DNA from: Camelus ferus
Taxonomy: Eukaryota
DNA: 64,000 bases
Direction: 5' to 3'
NCBI RefSeq assembly: GCF_009834535.1
Contig: NC_045697.1
Location: 99,140,001-99,204,000 of the forward strand
Position 1 is the stretch's first letter; the number at the start of each line of letters is the position of its first letter. The notes beneath the pieces are model-generated. The model searched no databases. It was not told the origin of the DNA and worked only from the letters and a program-made list of their open reading frames with translations. Both the position numbers and the translations under genes were made by a program. Positions 34,700-47,526 of this stretch are shown here, one piece after another.

Positions 34700-37048
34700 A
34701 AAATGGGCTTCTTTGCTGGTAGGAGAGACGTTTACAGAAGACTGCTGGAATTTATTAATCAACAGATCAGCTATTTGATGGAATTCTAATTAATTGTGCT
34801 ATTTGAAAACTTTGACATATGTAAAAAAAAAATCCTGCTAATGAGAATTGTTGATGGTGAGAACTGGGAGTGTGTTACACAGACCAAAGACATGTAATCT
34901 CCTAACATCTTTAAAAATAGAATCGAGTCTCCTATGTCTGGGATAATTTAAATGTGGGGAGTTGAACTGGGTCTCGATTCTACAATTATGTGTCAGTCAG
35001 TCAATGATGGCAAGTTTTAAGGACTGTCCTTAAGGAATAGGAGGTAAAGTGGCAGAGAACTACTCACACATAGCCCAAGTGACTACTGGGAGAAAGTACT
35101 CAGAGGGGAACCCTGTAACAGCCCACGGTGTAGACCATTAGGGGGAAATAGCTGATGGGAAAAGTAGGTGTGTGACCATAAGATTTCGTTTTCTTTCTTT
35201 CCTGTTCATTCTATCAGGCATACCTGGCAACAGCCAAGTATAGTCTGAACATTCTGCAGAAAGGTTCCTTTTGATTCACTCAAGTTTCAAGTAATTTATC
35301 TGGACAAAGACTGGCCGCTGAGAGGTACACAAATGAAATGGGCATGTGTGTAAGGACATACATAGTCATACTGAGGCCTGATGATGAGACTTAGCTCAGG
35401 AGAAATGAATGTGAATAAATCCATAGTTACTCACATTTTTTTTTAATCCAGGCAAACTGGACTTTAAAATATTTCTTCATTGTAAAATCCAGATGTTCAT
35501 TCCCCCCCCCCACACTGGTATTATTTCCAGTTATTTGGGGTGAAGGAAATTAATATTATACAGATGTACACACAAAAGTGATTACCTTAACTGGATGTTG
35601 TAGTAGTTATCACAATTTATATGTTACTTTTATTTGCAATGGCATGTCCGTCATTACTGATGCATTCCTTCATCAGTGCATTCAACTAGCCTGCTTTATG
35701 AACAACATGAATTTTATCTGTCTCTTCTGAGCCATCCTAAATGACAAACAGAGTGCAGTCAAATGGGATTTTAATATTTTTCCTCTTTTTGCTTTGCTCC
35801 CTCTTCAGTGTCGGTGCAGTCAGTCACACTGCAGCCTCCTCTCAAAACATACAGTTGTGTTTGATCGCTGTCCCTCCTGGAGACATGGCCCTGCACTGGA
35901 GTCCCTGGAGCCCGGGCCCGCTGTACCCCTGCCCTCTACCGCGTGGTGCTCAGCCACTCATGCTCTTCTTTCCAGCTGTGAGATTCCTAAACTGCATTTT
36001 CAGGGGCCCTTCTTCCCTCCCTCTGCCACCCAAACAAAATAAAACCAGCAACACAAACAACAAACAAAAATTCATTACTCCTCTCATCCAGGAAACAAGA
36101 GCCTAAGCAGTCCTGGTGCGTTAGTGCGGTAGCCCAGGTCACATGGTCGGTAAATGGAAGAACCAGAACCTGCAGACCTGGAACACTGATCTTGAGTCTT
36201 CACAAGTATTGAGTATTCCTTCCACAAGCACAGGCCTGTCCCAGACTATGGGTCCGTAGTGCCAAGTATGCACCTAAGAATTGCCTGTAGACTAAATAGA
36301 TAGTATGTCTCCTATAAATGTACTGTGTTCTAGTTTTCAAATGTCAGTGTGTTGTTGCTGAAGTTAAAACTTCTTGTCTTTGTGTTATTTTCTCTGGACA
36401 CAGACAATTATGAGGTAGAGAGCTATGAAATATTTATGTTAATAAAAGACCTTATGTTCAACAGTGCCAGGAACTTTATGCTACCAATAAATTTACTTTA
36501 TGACTGACTCCTGCAGAGGTCAAGATATTTCAGTCTTTTCTTTCCCCCCAAACTTGCTACCTGTTTTCCAAACCCTTCCTTCCAATGGGATAAAGCTGTT
36601 TGTCACTACTTTAGGAGACAGATGTCTGATTGACCTAACACTTTAACAAATGAACTCACACTGAAGTATAGATAGTTAACCAATCAGCAAAAATACAAAT
36701 ACAGTTTTTTTATGTGTATTTCAGTATATTTGCTACTTCTCAATTTTGATAAGGAGGAGAGAGTTGGAAAGAAAATGAGACCCAAGGGAAGATTAAGTTT
36801 TCTTCAGCTTGCTTTTATGAGAGGACTGGTCTGGGCTGGCTCCGTTTATCCTAGTGCACTTTGAGATATTCTTGTCCTGTGTGACCAGCCCCCATGTGAC
36901 TGGTGAGCTTGCCCAGAAGTGGTAAGTAGTGATATGTTGCTTTCCTAGCCTTCTCTCTACTCGGAAAGAAAGGGAGAGGCAAATGAGGTGATGACGTCTA
37001 CTCACCTGAGCACTTGCAGTCCCTGCCTTTTTGGAGCAAAAAGAAATA

Positions 37049-37475
37049 CAGGTATCCCCTACTTTTTGAAAGTTCACCTTACAACACTTCACTTATATGA
37101 AAGACCTACACGAGTACCTGTTTGGGCTAATCAAAAGAAATCTGAAGAGGATTTTCGCTTTTATGAAAAAAGGTGAAAATTTAAAATAGCGTTCAGTGTT
37201 TGTTTTGCAGAGTGATTACAGAGGCAGCGGGAAACCCTGGCGGCGAGAGTGGCGCCACCAAGCTGCTTCCCTGGGAACTACACTCAGCATCTCAGTATCA
37301 AGCTACCATAGCTTTGAAGTGTCTGTGAGCATCTATGCTTTATCTATAATTATTTTGCACATTCTTAGCAAGATGTGTTCTAAGGTACTTGCTTCTTCAC
37401 TTTAAGCTGGTTCGGCTTAGGAAAGGTTTCATAGGAACAGCTCTGTTTCAGATGGGTGCGGGAGGAGGGGACCTG
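37049..37475. mobile_element. TcMar-Tigger-type non-autonomous DNA transposon (MITE)
   Basis: TA|caggtatcccct ... aggggacctg|TA, i.e. inverted termini with a TA duplication. Confidence 0.8.
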
Positions 37476-38459
37476 TATGTACTTCAAAAGCACAGTAGGG
37501 GGAAAAAACCTTCCCAAAGGGATAGTCCAGTTATTACTTTTCAGAATTATATATTTTCCCAAATGGTTCTCTCTCAAAGGTTTTGCCTTCAAGTTTCTCA
37601 CTGAAGGCCTGAAGACCAAGAGGCAGGAGGGCTATGTGCATTTTTAAAGGACTGCCTTCCATATGAAACATCCCCGAGTCTACGCTGATACACCTTTAGG
37701 ACTTTCCCAGCCATCTCTGCTGCATTCAACAGCAGGTGAGTGACACCTAGAGCCCCAGCCTCGGGTGTGTATGCCAAATGTGAAAACCAACCAAGTGACT
37801 CACCTTACAAATTGAGCTGGCTGAGGCCATTAGCCGTTTCATATGACATGGTGGCTTTTAACCTCCAGTCTAAGAGGGCTTAATGAGCAATAGTCTGTGG
37901 AATTTCAGGACTTCAAACCACTGCTCTCATTTCTAAGGAGGACACACACTGTGTGCAATTAGAGAAAACCAGGCTGTGCTTTCGTCACCAGAAATGTAAT
38001 GCCTTGAAGCCAAATGATACATTATTTTTAGTTTTAATTACTAGCTTGTTCTCCACTCCACCCCCTGCCCAACGACCTCCCTTGCCTTCTACCCAGAATC
38101 CTAATTCAGCCTCTTCCCCTCAGAAATCCAATTGACTACATAGATCTTCATTGCTCCCCAAAGCTCTCACTCTTCAGTAAAATAAAGGGAGGGGGAAAAA
38201 ATCAAAACCATTGAACCTATTTTACTTATCTTCTGCTCCAGGGAAAAGATCTTAGCAATTTTCTAAGGGCTGGAGAGAGGTAGGAGGTGTAAAAAACACC
38301 CGACCTCCCCCAAAGAGGCAGTTTTCTACTTCAAAAAACAGCTGTGGTAAAAATATCTCCCAAGAGCAGCCAGCTGTTTATTTATAAATCTGAGCGTAGG
38401 GAAGCTTTATTTCTCCTTCGTGTTTTCAAGAACACGAACCGTGTTTGGCTGAGATGGGC

Positions 38460-39730
38460 CCAGGATGCTGCGGCGAACCAGACTGTAGTCTCCTTAGCGA
38501 AAGGGTTGCAAAAGGCTGCCAGCGGCGATGAGACTGAGGTGATGGGACTTCGCGGAGAACTGGCTGGAGGACGCCCAGGGCTTCAGCCTTTTTTCAGGTG
38601 TTCTCGTCGGAGAACAAGGAGCAGCTGCTGTTCTCCCTCTGCCCCAGCAGATGGTGGTGTCAGCCCGGTCCTCGCTGCCAGCCCGCCCGCTCCGCCCGCG
38701 CGGTGTGTCCCCCCACCCCCAGCTTGCAGATGGCTTAATCATGACTCGCCTTCCTCCCCCTCCCGTCCCCCCGCCCTGCGCGTCTGGGCTAACGCTGCGA
38801 GCGTGGAGCCAGGCAGTCAAGTGTTACTGCGTACAGCAGGTAGCCTGGCAACTGAGAGCATAATACCGAGCAGATGGTGTTCGCACGGCGTGATGGACAT
38901 CACACACGACAGCCTGAGACAATCCAGGAATTCCCTGGTGACTCGAGGCCCTCTTTACACAAAATGAGTTCTCTCTCCATTGCCGTGTATCTCTAGGGTT
39001 ATCTCCCCCCTCTCTCTGACTGACACTGAACTGGTTTCTTATTACCGACTTTGCTTCTAGCCCGAGGGGAGGGAGATTTCACGTTGGGGTGGGGGAGGCC
39101 GTGGAAAGAAATGGAAGGGCTGAGAGCGGGAGGAGATGATGGGGGGTGATGGCGACCCGTGAGTGTAGGGACAGTGGCGTAACTCAGACCCTGGGGCGGA
39201 TCGTCCAACAGGGACAGGGTTTCCCGTAGTCCTGGCTGCGCGAAGCCAGCGCAGGGAGGGCAGCGGTGGGGGCGAGCGTGGGCTCAGTGTCTCTGCATCG
39301 CAAGGACTACGAAGAGCCTAAATGAAATTTAGAATTTTACTTAAAAAGTCCCCTGGGGCGTAATTTAGCCTCTCGACTCAAGCCTATATTCTTACAAGTC
39401 CTCAGGGAACTCTAAGAAGTCAGGAGTGGGGCCCGTGCGCCCCCGGCAGGCCCGGAGATGCCTCTTGGCGCAGGCGTGCTTAACAAAGAAACCGACAAGG
39501 CGGTAGGGGCTCGGGCAGGGGCTGCCGGGTTGGGGGTGGGCGTGGAGCCGCTGGCAAGGCGCCCAGGGGCCCCGACATCCTTGGCCCGCGCGCTTCTCCG
39601 CAACTGGTGAGGCTGGGACGCGCTCCGGGGGCGCACTTCCCGCCCCCACTCCCCTCCCCACCACGCCCGCCGTGTGTGCGGGCCGCTAAGAAGGAACTGG
39701 GAACCGAGGGCATAGGGGGCGCGAGTCGGG
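38460..39730. promoter_or_regulatory. Intronic CpG-rich island, candidate enhancer or alternative promoter
   Basis: Markedly higher GC and CpG density than the flanks, GC boxes (e.g. ggggcgga ~39193), clustered E-boxes, and no recognisable repeat. Confidence 0.7.
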
Positions 39731-40361
39731 GGAGGAGGGAGAGGGGTGTGTTTGTGGTAGGAAAAAGTGAAATTAATACATACACAAGCATGTCCCAGAA
39801 AACAGATCTGTGCTTTTCACACACACTGAAGAGACTCAAGTAATTAAAGAAAAATAATAAAAACAAAAACTTCAGCTCCAAAGGAATTTTGCCTAGATTC
39901 TATACATGGAGACACTGCTATATCCAACCCTTCAGCACTAGGGGGGGCGGGGGAAAGGGCTTTCTCCTGCAGAGGTACTATTCAAGTTTTAAGTTTCAGA
40001 AGGAGGGAGGGAGTCTTTTCAAAGGTGGAAGCTGACGTTTCACGCAGAACATCACGTTTGCTGGGAAAGAGTTCAGCAGTTTCATGTCAGAGAATCCGAC
40101 ACCCACTGCAGCTCTGGATGGAGGCGTCCGGCTGTGACTCTCAGAGGCCCAGGATGGTGAACTGGCATTCTGAGGCTCAGGGAACCATTTGACCTCTCGG
40201 GTTTCAGTCCCCACCTCCTCAAATGAAAATCATATCCACAGAACTATTCCCTCGACAATGGAGACTTCGGAGATGAAAGGCCTATAGAGAGAAAATGGTT
40301 AAGAAGAGGCTAAAACCTCCCCACTTCCAATGTGGGCTGTTGCGGAATGATAACCGGCTAA

Positions 40362-40552
40362 ACCAGGGGTTCTCTAAGTGTGGTTCTGGAACCAGCAGCG
40401 TCGGCATCACCTGGCAGCTCGTTAGAAATGCTGATTCTCAGGCTCTGCCCCAGGCCTCAGGTATCAGAGTCTCTGGGAGCAGTTTAACATGCCCTCGGAT
40501 AATTACCTTGCCCCATGTTTTGAGAATCACTGCGGCAAATATTCCTGGTTTA
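40362..40552. mobile_element. MER5A-like hAT-Charlie MITE
   Basis: caggggttctctaagtgtggttctggaaccagcagcgtcggcatcacctgg...gttagaaatgc...ttgagaatcactg, with inverted ends. Confidence 0.85.
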
Positions 40553-40974
40553 TGGGCACTGACTGCAGCCTAGGGTATCAGCACTCTCTGTGCCCTGATC
40601 AGACTGCAGACCCTGCACTTTCAAAAGTAAGTCAGAATGCTGAGTTGCTTAGATTTCTGTTGCCGATTCTTCTACATTTGGGAGAAAACTCAAATTTTCA
40701 GAGGGCTGCTCAGGCAATGTAAACTCAAGAATTCTAAAAGGGGCCTATGGCCATGATTCTTTCAGAAAGATCAGTATTCCTGCTGCTCTGCTTGGAGGCT
40801 GAGGAACAGCCAAGATTGAGGAAGAGGTGAAGCCAAACTCCCTTGCTCAGGAAGGGAGCATCAAACATCATTAGCCTTCTGTCCCCTGGTCTGATATAAG
40901 GTAGGAAAGTCCACTCTGGTCAGAAAAGACTCTTCAAACATGAATAAGACCAGAAGCAACAATGGAAGAAGACA

Positions 40975-41300
40975 ACTAACACTTATGAGTCACCTACTGT
41001 ATGCAAAATGCACTGCTGGGTGTTTTCATCTGCGTAATTAAACTCTTTTTTTTTTTTAGTTGAAGTATAGTCAATTTACAATATTGGGTCAATTTCTGGT
41101 GTACAGCATAATGTGTCATACATACATACATATATAGTCCTTTTCATATTCTTTTTCTTTACAGGTTATTAGAAGATATTGAATATCTGTGCTATACATA
41201 AACTTATTTTCTTGATTTAAAAAAATCTGAGTCTCTGAGAGGTTAAGTAACTCGCCTGATGTCCCACAGCTGATGGTGGTCTTTGGGATTCTGACTTTTC
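40975..41300. mobile_element. MIR remnant interrupted by a short antisense L1 3' end (~41046-41198)
   Basis: MIR motifs (cacctactgtatgc; ctgagtctctgagaggttaagtaactcgcc) lie on either side of a poly(T)-led L1 tail (agttgaagtatagtcaatttacaatatt...). Confidence 0.75.
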
Positions 41301-43702
41301 CACTGGCCAGAACATGCATCTGGTCTAAATTGAGCAGACCACCCAAGAGGACTCTGGAGTAAAGAGAAATGGGAAGGGGGTGGGGGAGAGAGAAGTGGGC
41401 ATAGAATGAAAAGGTAGGAACTCTGTTGGGATCAAAGGATGAAGCTGAAAGAGCACAAAAATATACATCATTTTTTTATATGTTGCCTGATACCCAAAAT
41501 TAGGATGCCTTTGTGGTATCAACTTCGACATTTAAAGAAAGGGCATAAGATTAGACCGTTCAACCATAAATGGAAGGAAGAAATAAAATAAAATCAAACC
41601 CTAGACTTCTCTTTGAAGTTGATCAAGTTTCAGGGCAGAAACTTGGTTTCAGGAGGGTGGCTTCTTTTACAGACTTTCTTTGTCCTTATCCAGAACAGTT
41701 TTTCACTGTGGGTTTTAAGAGTTGCTTACGATAAATTCATAGTAGAGCCCCAACAGGGCCTACCCCAAAGAAACCCCCCTGTTTTGGCAGATTATTGAAG
41801 AAGCTTGGATAAATGTGGATATGATGTGTGGTGGTTGGGTCCCCAAGATGGTTGAGTTTTGAGGCAGTTGACCAATTTAGGAAGCTTATCACTGAAAGGG
41901 CCAGTAACTCGGGCCCAATGCTAAGCCTGCTAAATGGGTTCAGCAAAGTTCTTTGCTCAGCCTCTAAGGAGTGGTTTGCATTGGGGGAACCGACAAGCTT
42001 GGGTAGAAACTCGGCTCCATCAGGGGCCCAGTGACTGGCACACCCTGACCACACAACACATAGCTTGTTGTTATTACTATTACTGCTATGAGCTCTTGAT
42101 CATGCAGCTCTAGAAAGTGAGGTTGAGAGAGATGCTGTGTCTCTGGTTCTAGCTTAGCTCCTAGGATAATGAGGACTAACACTCTAAACTTGGTTTTCTT
42201 TCTAGGTTCTCAGTGAGCAGGACGGCGTTCCTACCCAAACTTTTGACTCTTTAATGAATACGTGTTTTGCTGATTTCCCCCACGATCACTGGGAAAAGTT
42301 TAAAATATTGTCTAAAAGTATTAAAAAAAAGGGCAATATTCATTTTTAACAATCACAGGCAACCATGTTAATATTTTGATGCGTTTTGTGTTTCTCCTCA
42401 GCTCCCCGCCCCATATACATGATTGAACCACTATTTCTTACTAAGTAACATAAGAGAGGTAGAAAGTTCTAACTTTCCAAATGCTTATGATAAGCAGTAA
42501 TTTTCTGGTAGGATATGATCCTTAAGGCAGTATGCCTGTGAGGTCTTTCGGTTTTGTTATGAGTCTTCCAGCATTGGCACAGAGCTAGGTCAACAGCTGC
42601 AAAGGAATAAATCTTTGCTGAACTGAACCGACTGTGCTGAACTGTAGCCTAGACTGACATCACGTATGATTGGAGAGGAGGATAAAAAGTTACCCTGTAA
42701 TGGACTGCTTCCCCGGGCTCCTGGAGCTTCAGCTGAAGATGAAAGAAGGGGTTAAAGTTGGTAGGCCGGAGCGAGATGGGAGAGTGCCGTCAGCCACAGG
42801 AAGGTCAGGCTTTCAAGGACTTACTTGGGGGTAAAAACAACAAAAATACCGTTTGTCCTTATCAGTGCTTTGAACATAGTTACCATAGGTCCCTCCAGTG
42901 GAAACACAACATGAAGAGTTAGGCTTCTCCGCTGCCTTTGATGTAAATTATAGAGTCCTTTTGATTCCTTTGTTGTGATTAATTCCACTACCACAGCTAC
43001 TCTAAACTGGTTAAAAGTTCATTAGTGTGCAACAATAGGAGCCTGATTAAATAAATTATGGTACATCTATACCTTGAATACTAGGCAGCCAATAAAAATC
43101 ATGCCTTCCTAGGCTATCTAATCACATAAAAAACTTACAACATATAGTTAAGAGGGGAAGAAAAAACAGCCACAGAATACATGTGTTAGACGAGGGTGAT
43201 AAGTGATTTATATTTTCATGCTCTTTCAGTTTGTTACAAACATAATATTATTTTAAGTCTCATGCTCTAAAAAATAGTCTTTATACTGACAAAAGAAAAG
43301 AAAAGAAAAAGAAAAAAGGCATATCTGCCTGTTTTCAGGGAGTCCCCAGTTCTGATGCGGGGTGAGGACCCCCTAGTTCCTGGGCAGCTCACAGCATCGT
43401 TGTAGAGAACGTGGCACAGCCACATCCCTGGACCTTCTACAAGGAGTAGAGCAAGGGAACCCAGCAGTGGCAGCAGCTGAATGTGCCTGGGGAGGGGTCT
43501 GAAGGCTTCCCAGAGGAAGTAATGTCTCGGAACAGCTCTGTTAGCCAAGAGGGGAGTGGCTTCCAGAGCAGAAGGACAAGGTGATCAAAGACTTGACTGC
43601 ATCATACCCTGAAATTCCATTTCTAAGGATTCATCTCCTGGAAATAGTCATAGCTTGTGTAAAGATTTATCCTAAATAGCTTAAATGATTTCAAGTAGTG
43701 AA

Positions 43703-43770
43703 AAAGGAAAGAAGGAAAGAAAGAAGAAAGGAAGAAAGGAAGGAAGGAAGGAAGGAATAAAGAAAGAAAC
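43703..43770. repeat. (GAAG/GAAA)n purine-rich simple repeat
   Basis: Read directly from the sequence. Confidence 0.9.
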
Positions 43771-45717
43771 TTAAATGGCCAACATTTAGAGAATTCATTA
43801 AACTATAATATACCTGCCCTGCCTTCCCTTGACGTCCAGCCAAAAACCCACAAAACCTCATTAGGAATATTTAGGCTAAAGAGACAAGGAATGGAATGTA
43901 GTAAGCTTGAGAGTGGCTCCTGCTGTGTCTGGGACCTGGGCTATTTCCACCTCATGCTCTGGAGTGTGCAGTAGACATTCTTAACCAGCAGTCCTCCCGT
44001 CAAGACCCAGACATGGCACGAATGTGAACACACTGGGTTTGGCCGCGGGTTCAACAACTCAGCCAGAGCACCCACGTCCCAGAGAAGGCTCCGAAGGACA
44101 CCGACCATCTTCCAAGAATTCTCTGTTCCACCTGGACAAGTTTCTCTTTGGGGCACCAACCTGCTCTCTGGGGTTCTTCTCCTTTCTAGTCTTTAAACCA
44201 CAGAGCATGGCCAGTACCAGCCTAACCTTAAGAGTTTAAGAACTTGAGAGATGAGTGAAAACCATCGCTGGACCCCAGAGTCTGTCTCCTCTGCGGGGCT
44301 GTAAGAAAACCTAGCCCTACAGAGGTGGACACCGCATCTGCCCGCCATCTACATGGCTGCTGTCTGGACACGTGGACTGCGAATGGTTTGTCAGCTTCAC
44401 CAGGAATTAGGGTTTTTACCCAGATAGCAGATACGTCTGCTATCTTTGTTTCCTTGATTTAAAAATTGAGAGGGGGAAGGAAACGGTCTTCCGCTGACCT
44501 GCTGGGAAGAGTTTTCCTCCCGGAGCTACTGTTCCCCGACACCGTCCATTTTTCTTTCATTGCCTCCCCTCCTTCTGATGAAGTCATCACGGCAAAGATT
44601 GCATAACTGCTGCAGAGGCCTATCTTGTGTTATACTGGGAGTCAGGCCAATGTTTCCATTTATAGACAAGAGCCCCACCACGCTGCCAAATAGAGCTCTC
44701 TGCTGCAACCACTACAAGACAGGAAGAAGGGAAGGGAAAGGAAGGGAAGCTCGGGGCTTGAGGGCATGCTGTGCAGAGAAGCCTGGGCGTCCTCCATCCC
44801 CTCCATCCTCTCCGCAACCTGGGGAGGATGGCTCAGGGATGTTGGCTCTGACCATCTGGGAAGAGCCACTTCTACAAAGCCGTCCCCTGGTCTCCCTCCC
44901 GCTCTGGGAGATGCTGCCAGTGGGAGGGTCTGTGTCAGCTTGCTTTGCTGATTTTCTCACGGCTGAACCTATCTGCGGGCAAACCAGGTGTGACCACAGG
45001 GAGACTCGAGGGGAGGGCAGCCCTCACCGCACTCCTGAGAGCAGAGGCAGGCCAGTTGTCGTGGTGGGGTTGCAGGAGGTCAGGACTCGGGGGAAGGTGT
45101 GAGAGAGGAGGAAAAAGGAGTTGCATTTAGAAATCCAGGGTTAGTACTTTAACACTTAGGAGATTTGTGCTGAGAACCAGGTTCTTAGAGGAAGCAGGTC
45201 TGGGAGAGGGGCTCACAGAGGGTCAGAAAGGGGGACCTTTCTGAAAGACCATTGGACCCTGGGCCTTACAGCCACAAAGATTCCTCGAGTTTAGATCTTT
45301 TGATATATTCTTCACACAAGGTTTTACATGGGGTCACTGAGAAACCCTGATAGGAGTGAAAGATGCCTCCTATTTTACCGCTTAAGGCATGCCCTGTAAC
45401 TCCAGCCCACTGCTCCAAGTCCACGATGAATAATATCTTCATAAGTCCCATATTTATCTTGTGAATGGTATGATTACACTACACTGTATTTTTAAAAATA
45501 AACATTACTTTCTTTTGGAAAAAAATGCATTGGTCTTTCTTCATTTTGTAAATATACCAGGTGACTCCAAGAAATAGAAATCTCCCAGGTCTTTGGTTAA
45601 CCTTGAGACGAGTTGGGACAAACTGGGCGAAAAGTGCTTTTAGAAGTATGGGCCTCAAAGGGAGTTTCCCTGCTTGCAATTATGTGGCAGTGAACACAGC
45701 ACCTGAGTCTGCATCAT

Positions 45718-45743
45718 ACACACACACACACACACACACACAC
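45718..45743. repeat. (AC)n microsatellite
   Basis: Read directly from the sequence. Confidence 0.9.
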
Positions 45744-47188
45744 GGAGTAACCTGGATAAAGGAATCTGGAAGCAATTAGAAATTATCCTCTCCAAGATCT
45801 TAAACTTTCCACTCATTTCACCAGAACTTCTCTGAAGTAGTCGGACTCAGCAGGGCTTGGCATACAGCAAGTGCTCATAAATGTTTTCTCTCATTATCAT
45901 CAATTTTCGCAAAAACTAGGAATTAGAAACTCTAGGCAGGGCCTATATATTCAGCTCATATTTTTTTCTTTCCTAATGGTCAGGCCAGCTCCTCAGCTGC
46001 ACCGAGGAAAATATCCCTGTTCACAAATGACCACCTTTTGCTCAGGATAAACATTAAGTTGATAACTAAATACGGAAGCAGACCCTAGAATGAAGGTGAA
46101 GTTTTTGTGACACTTTCATTTTACCCGGGAAGAAATCCATTTGTGTCGACAGCAGCAACAGAGATCTTCTAAGATGGGGGTTATGTGCCAGGTATCTTTT
46201 GCCGTGTATGCCTTCTAAAAGCCCAAGCATTTTTGCTTAAACATCTGGGATGTCTCACTAGTTTCCTGCCCCCTTCTCCAGGAGCTAAAGCCTGGTCTGA
46301 ACTGACCCCTTTCTCATAATGTCAACTCAAATGCCCACCCTCTCTCTCTGTTTCCTGAAAGTTTCTTGTGCCAATTCTTCCTCTAGCTCAGCCAACCTAA
46401 CACCTCTTCCCAGATCCAGCTCAGCTCCTTCACAGCGTACGTGTGACTCGTGCGCACACTTCACCTAAACCGCACGCCTCCTGTAAGAGCTCCCATACCC
46501 GTGCCTCCTCTCCACGCTGACTGCTCGTGGGAGGTCAAAATCAGAACAGGAGGGTCGCGCTGATTAATGCTGGAGTCGGCTGGAGAGATCTAACCTGCTG
46601 CTCAGGGCATTTATCAACCTGGGAGCACTTCCCCAGCACCAAGGAGTGCATTTCCAGACTTCCTTACCTTTTGACCATTTCTCTCACATACGTGCTTAGT
46701 TTCTTTTACCTCCGTCCAACTAATTACTTTACTTCCTCCTCTTTAGCCTCCACCTTATCTTAATAGAGAATTTCTCCACCGGCAATGATGAAGTCTTTCC
46801 CAAGTTGACCAAACCTTATCTGGAAGCTGAGATTAAATATAAATGGCTGGAAACCTGTTGAGAATGGGGAAGGTCGGGGTGGGGGATGAACGCCCAAATT
46901 CAACTTTAAGTCTGTCTCCGGTTCCTGTCACGTGACACACAGGAAAAGCCAGCTTTTATTTACTTTAGGTTCTCAGGGCTTAATTTTAACCAAAGATTAC
47001 TTTCCATGTAAGGCCCAGTGAACACTACCTCTTAATTCTTATTTAGAAGCTTGTTAAAAAAAAGGTTGACAAGGCCAATTTTTCATTTCTTTTTGGATGT
47101 AGTTGTAGAGAATTTCCCAGCAAAGAAGCAGCCACTGAGTCCCTGTTAGTCAGTAAACGTAAAGCCCTCAGGAGTGGACATTCATGTA

Positions 47189-47526
47189 CAGTTACCCCTG
47201 GGTATCCTTGAGGGGGATTGGTACCAGGACCCCCTGCAGATACCAAAATCCACGGATGCTCAAGTCTTTGTATGAAATGGTGTAGTTGCATATAACCTAT
47301 CCACCTCCTCCCTGTATTTAAAACATCTTTAGATTACTTGTTACCTAATGCAATGTAAATGCTACATGTAGCTGTAAATAAATGTAAGCACAATGTAAAA
47401 AGTTGCCAGGCACAGCAAATTCAGGTTTTGCTTTTTGGAACTTTCTGGATTTTTTTCCTCGAATATTTCTGATCTGTGGTTGGTTGAATCTGTGGATTTG
47501 AACCAGTGGGTTCTGAGGGCTGACTA
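47189..47526. mobile_element. MER2-like TcMar-Tigger MITE
   Basis: ta|cagttacccct...ggattggtaccaggaccccctgcagataccaaaatccacggatgctcaagtc...tggttggttgaatctgtggat...gagggctgact. Confidence 0.85.

Noticed and set aside
38344..38967. 207-aa plus-strand ORF in the CpG island
   Set aside because: GTG start and low-complexity P/S/R composition expected from GC-rich DNA. No recognisable homology.
38400..40100. RBPJ/CSL autoregulatory sites in the MAML3 intron
   Set aside because: I saw only partial TGGGAA matches, at a frequency compatible with chance, and no full CGTGGGAA or paired site.
44560..45102. 180-aa plus-strand ORF
   Set aside because: TTG start, no domain similarity, and overlapping ORFs in several frames, typical of GC-rich non-coding sequence.
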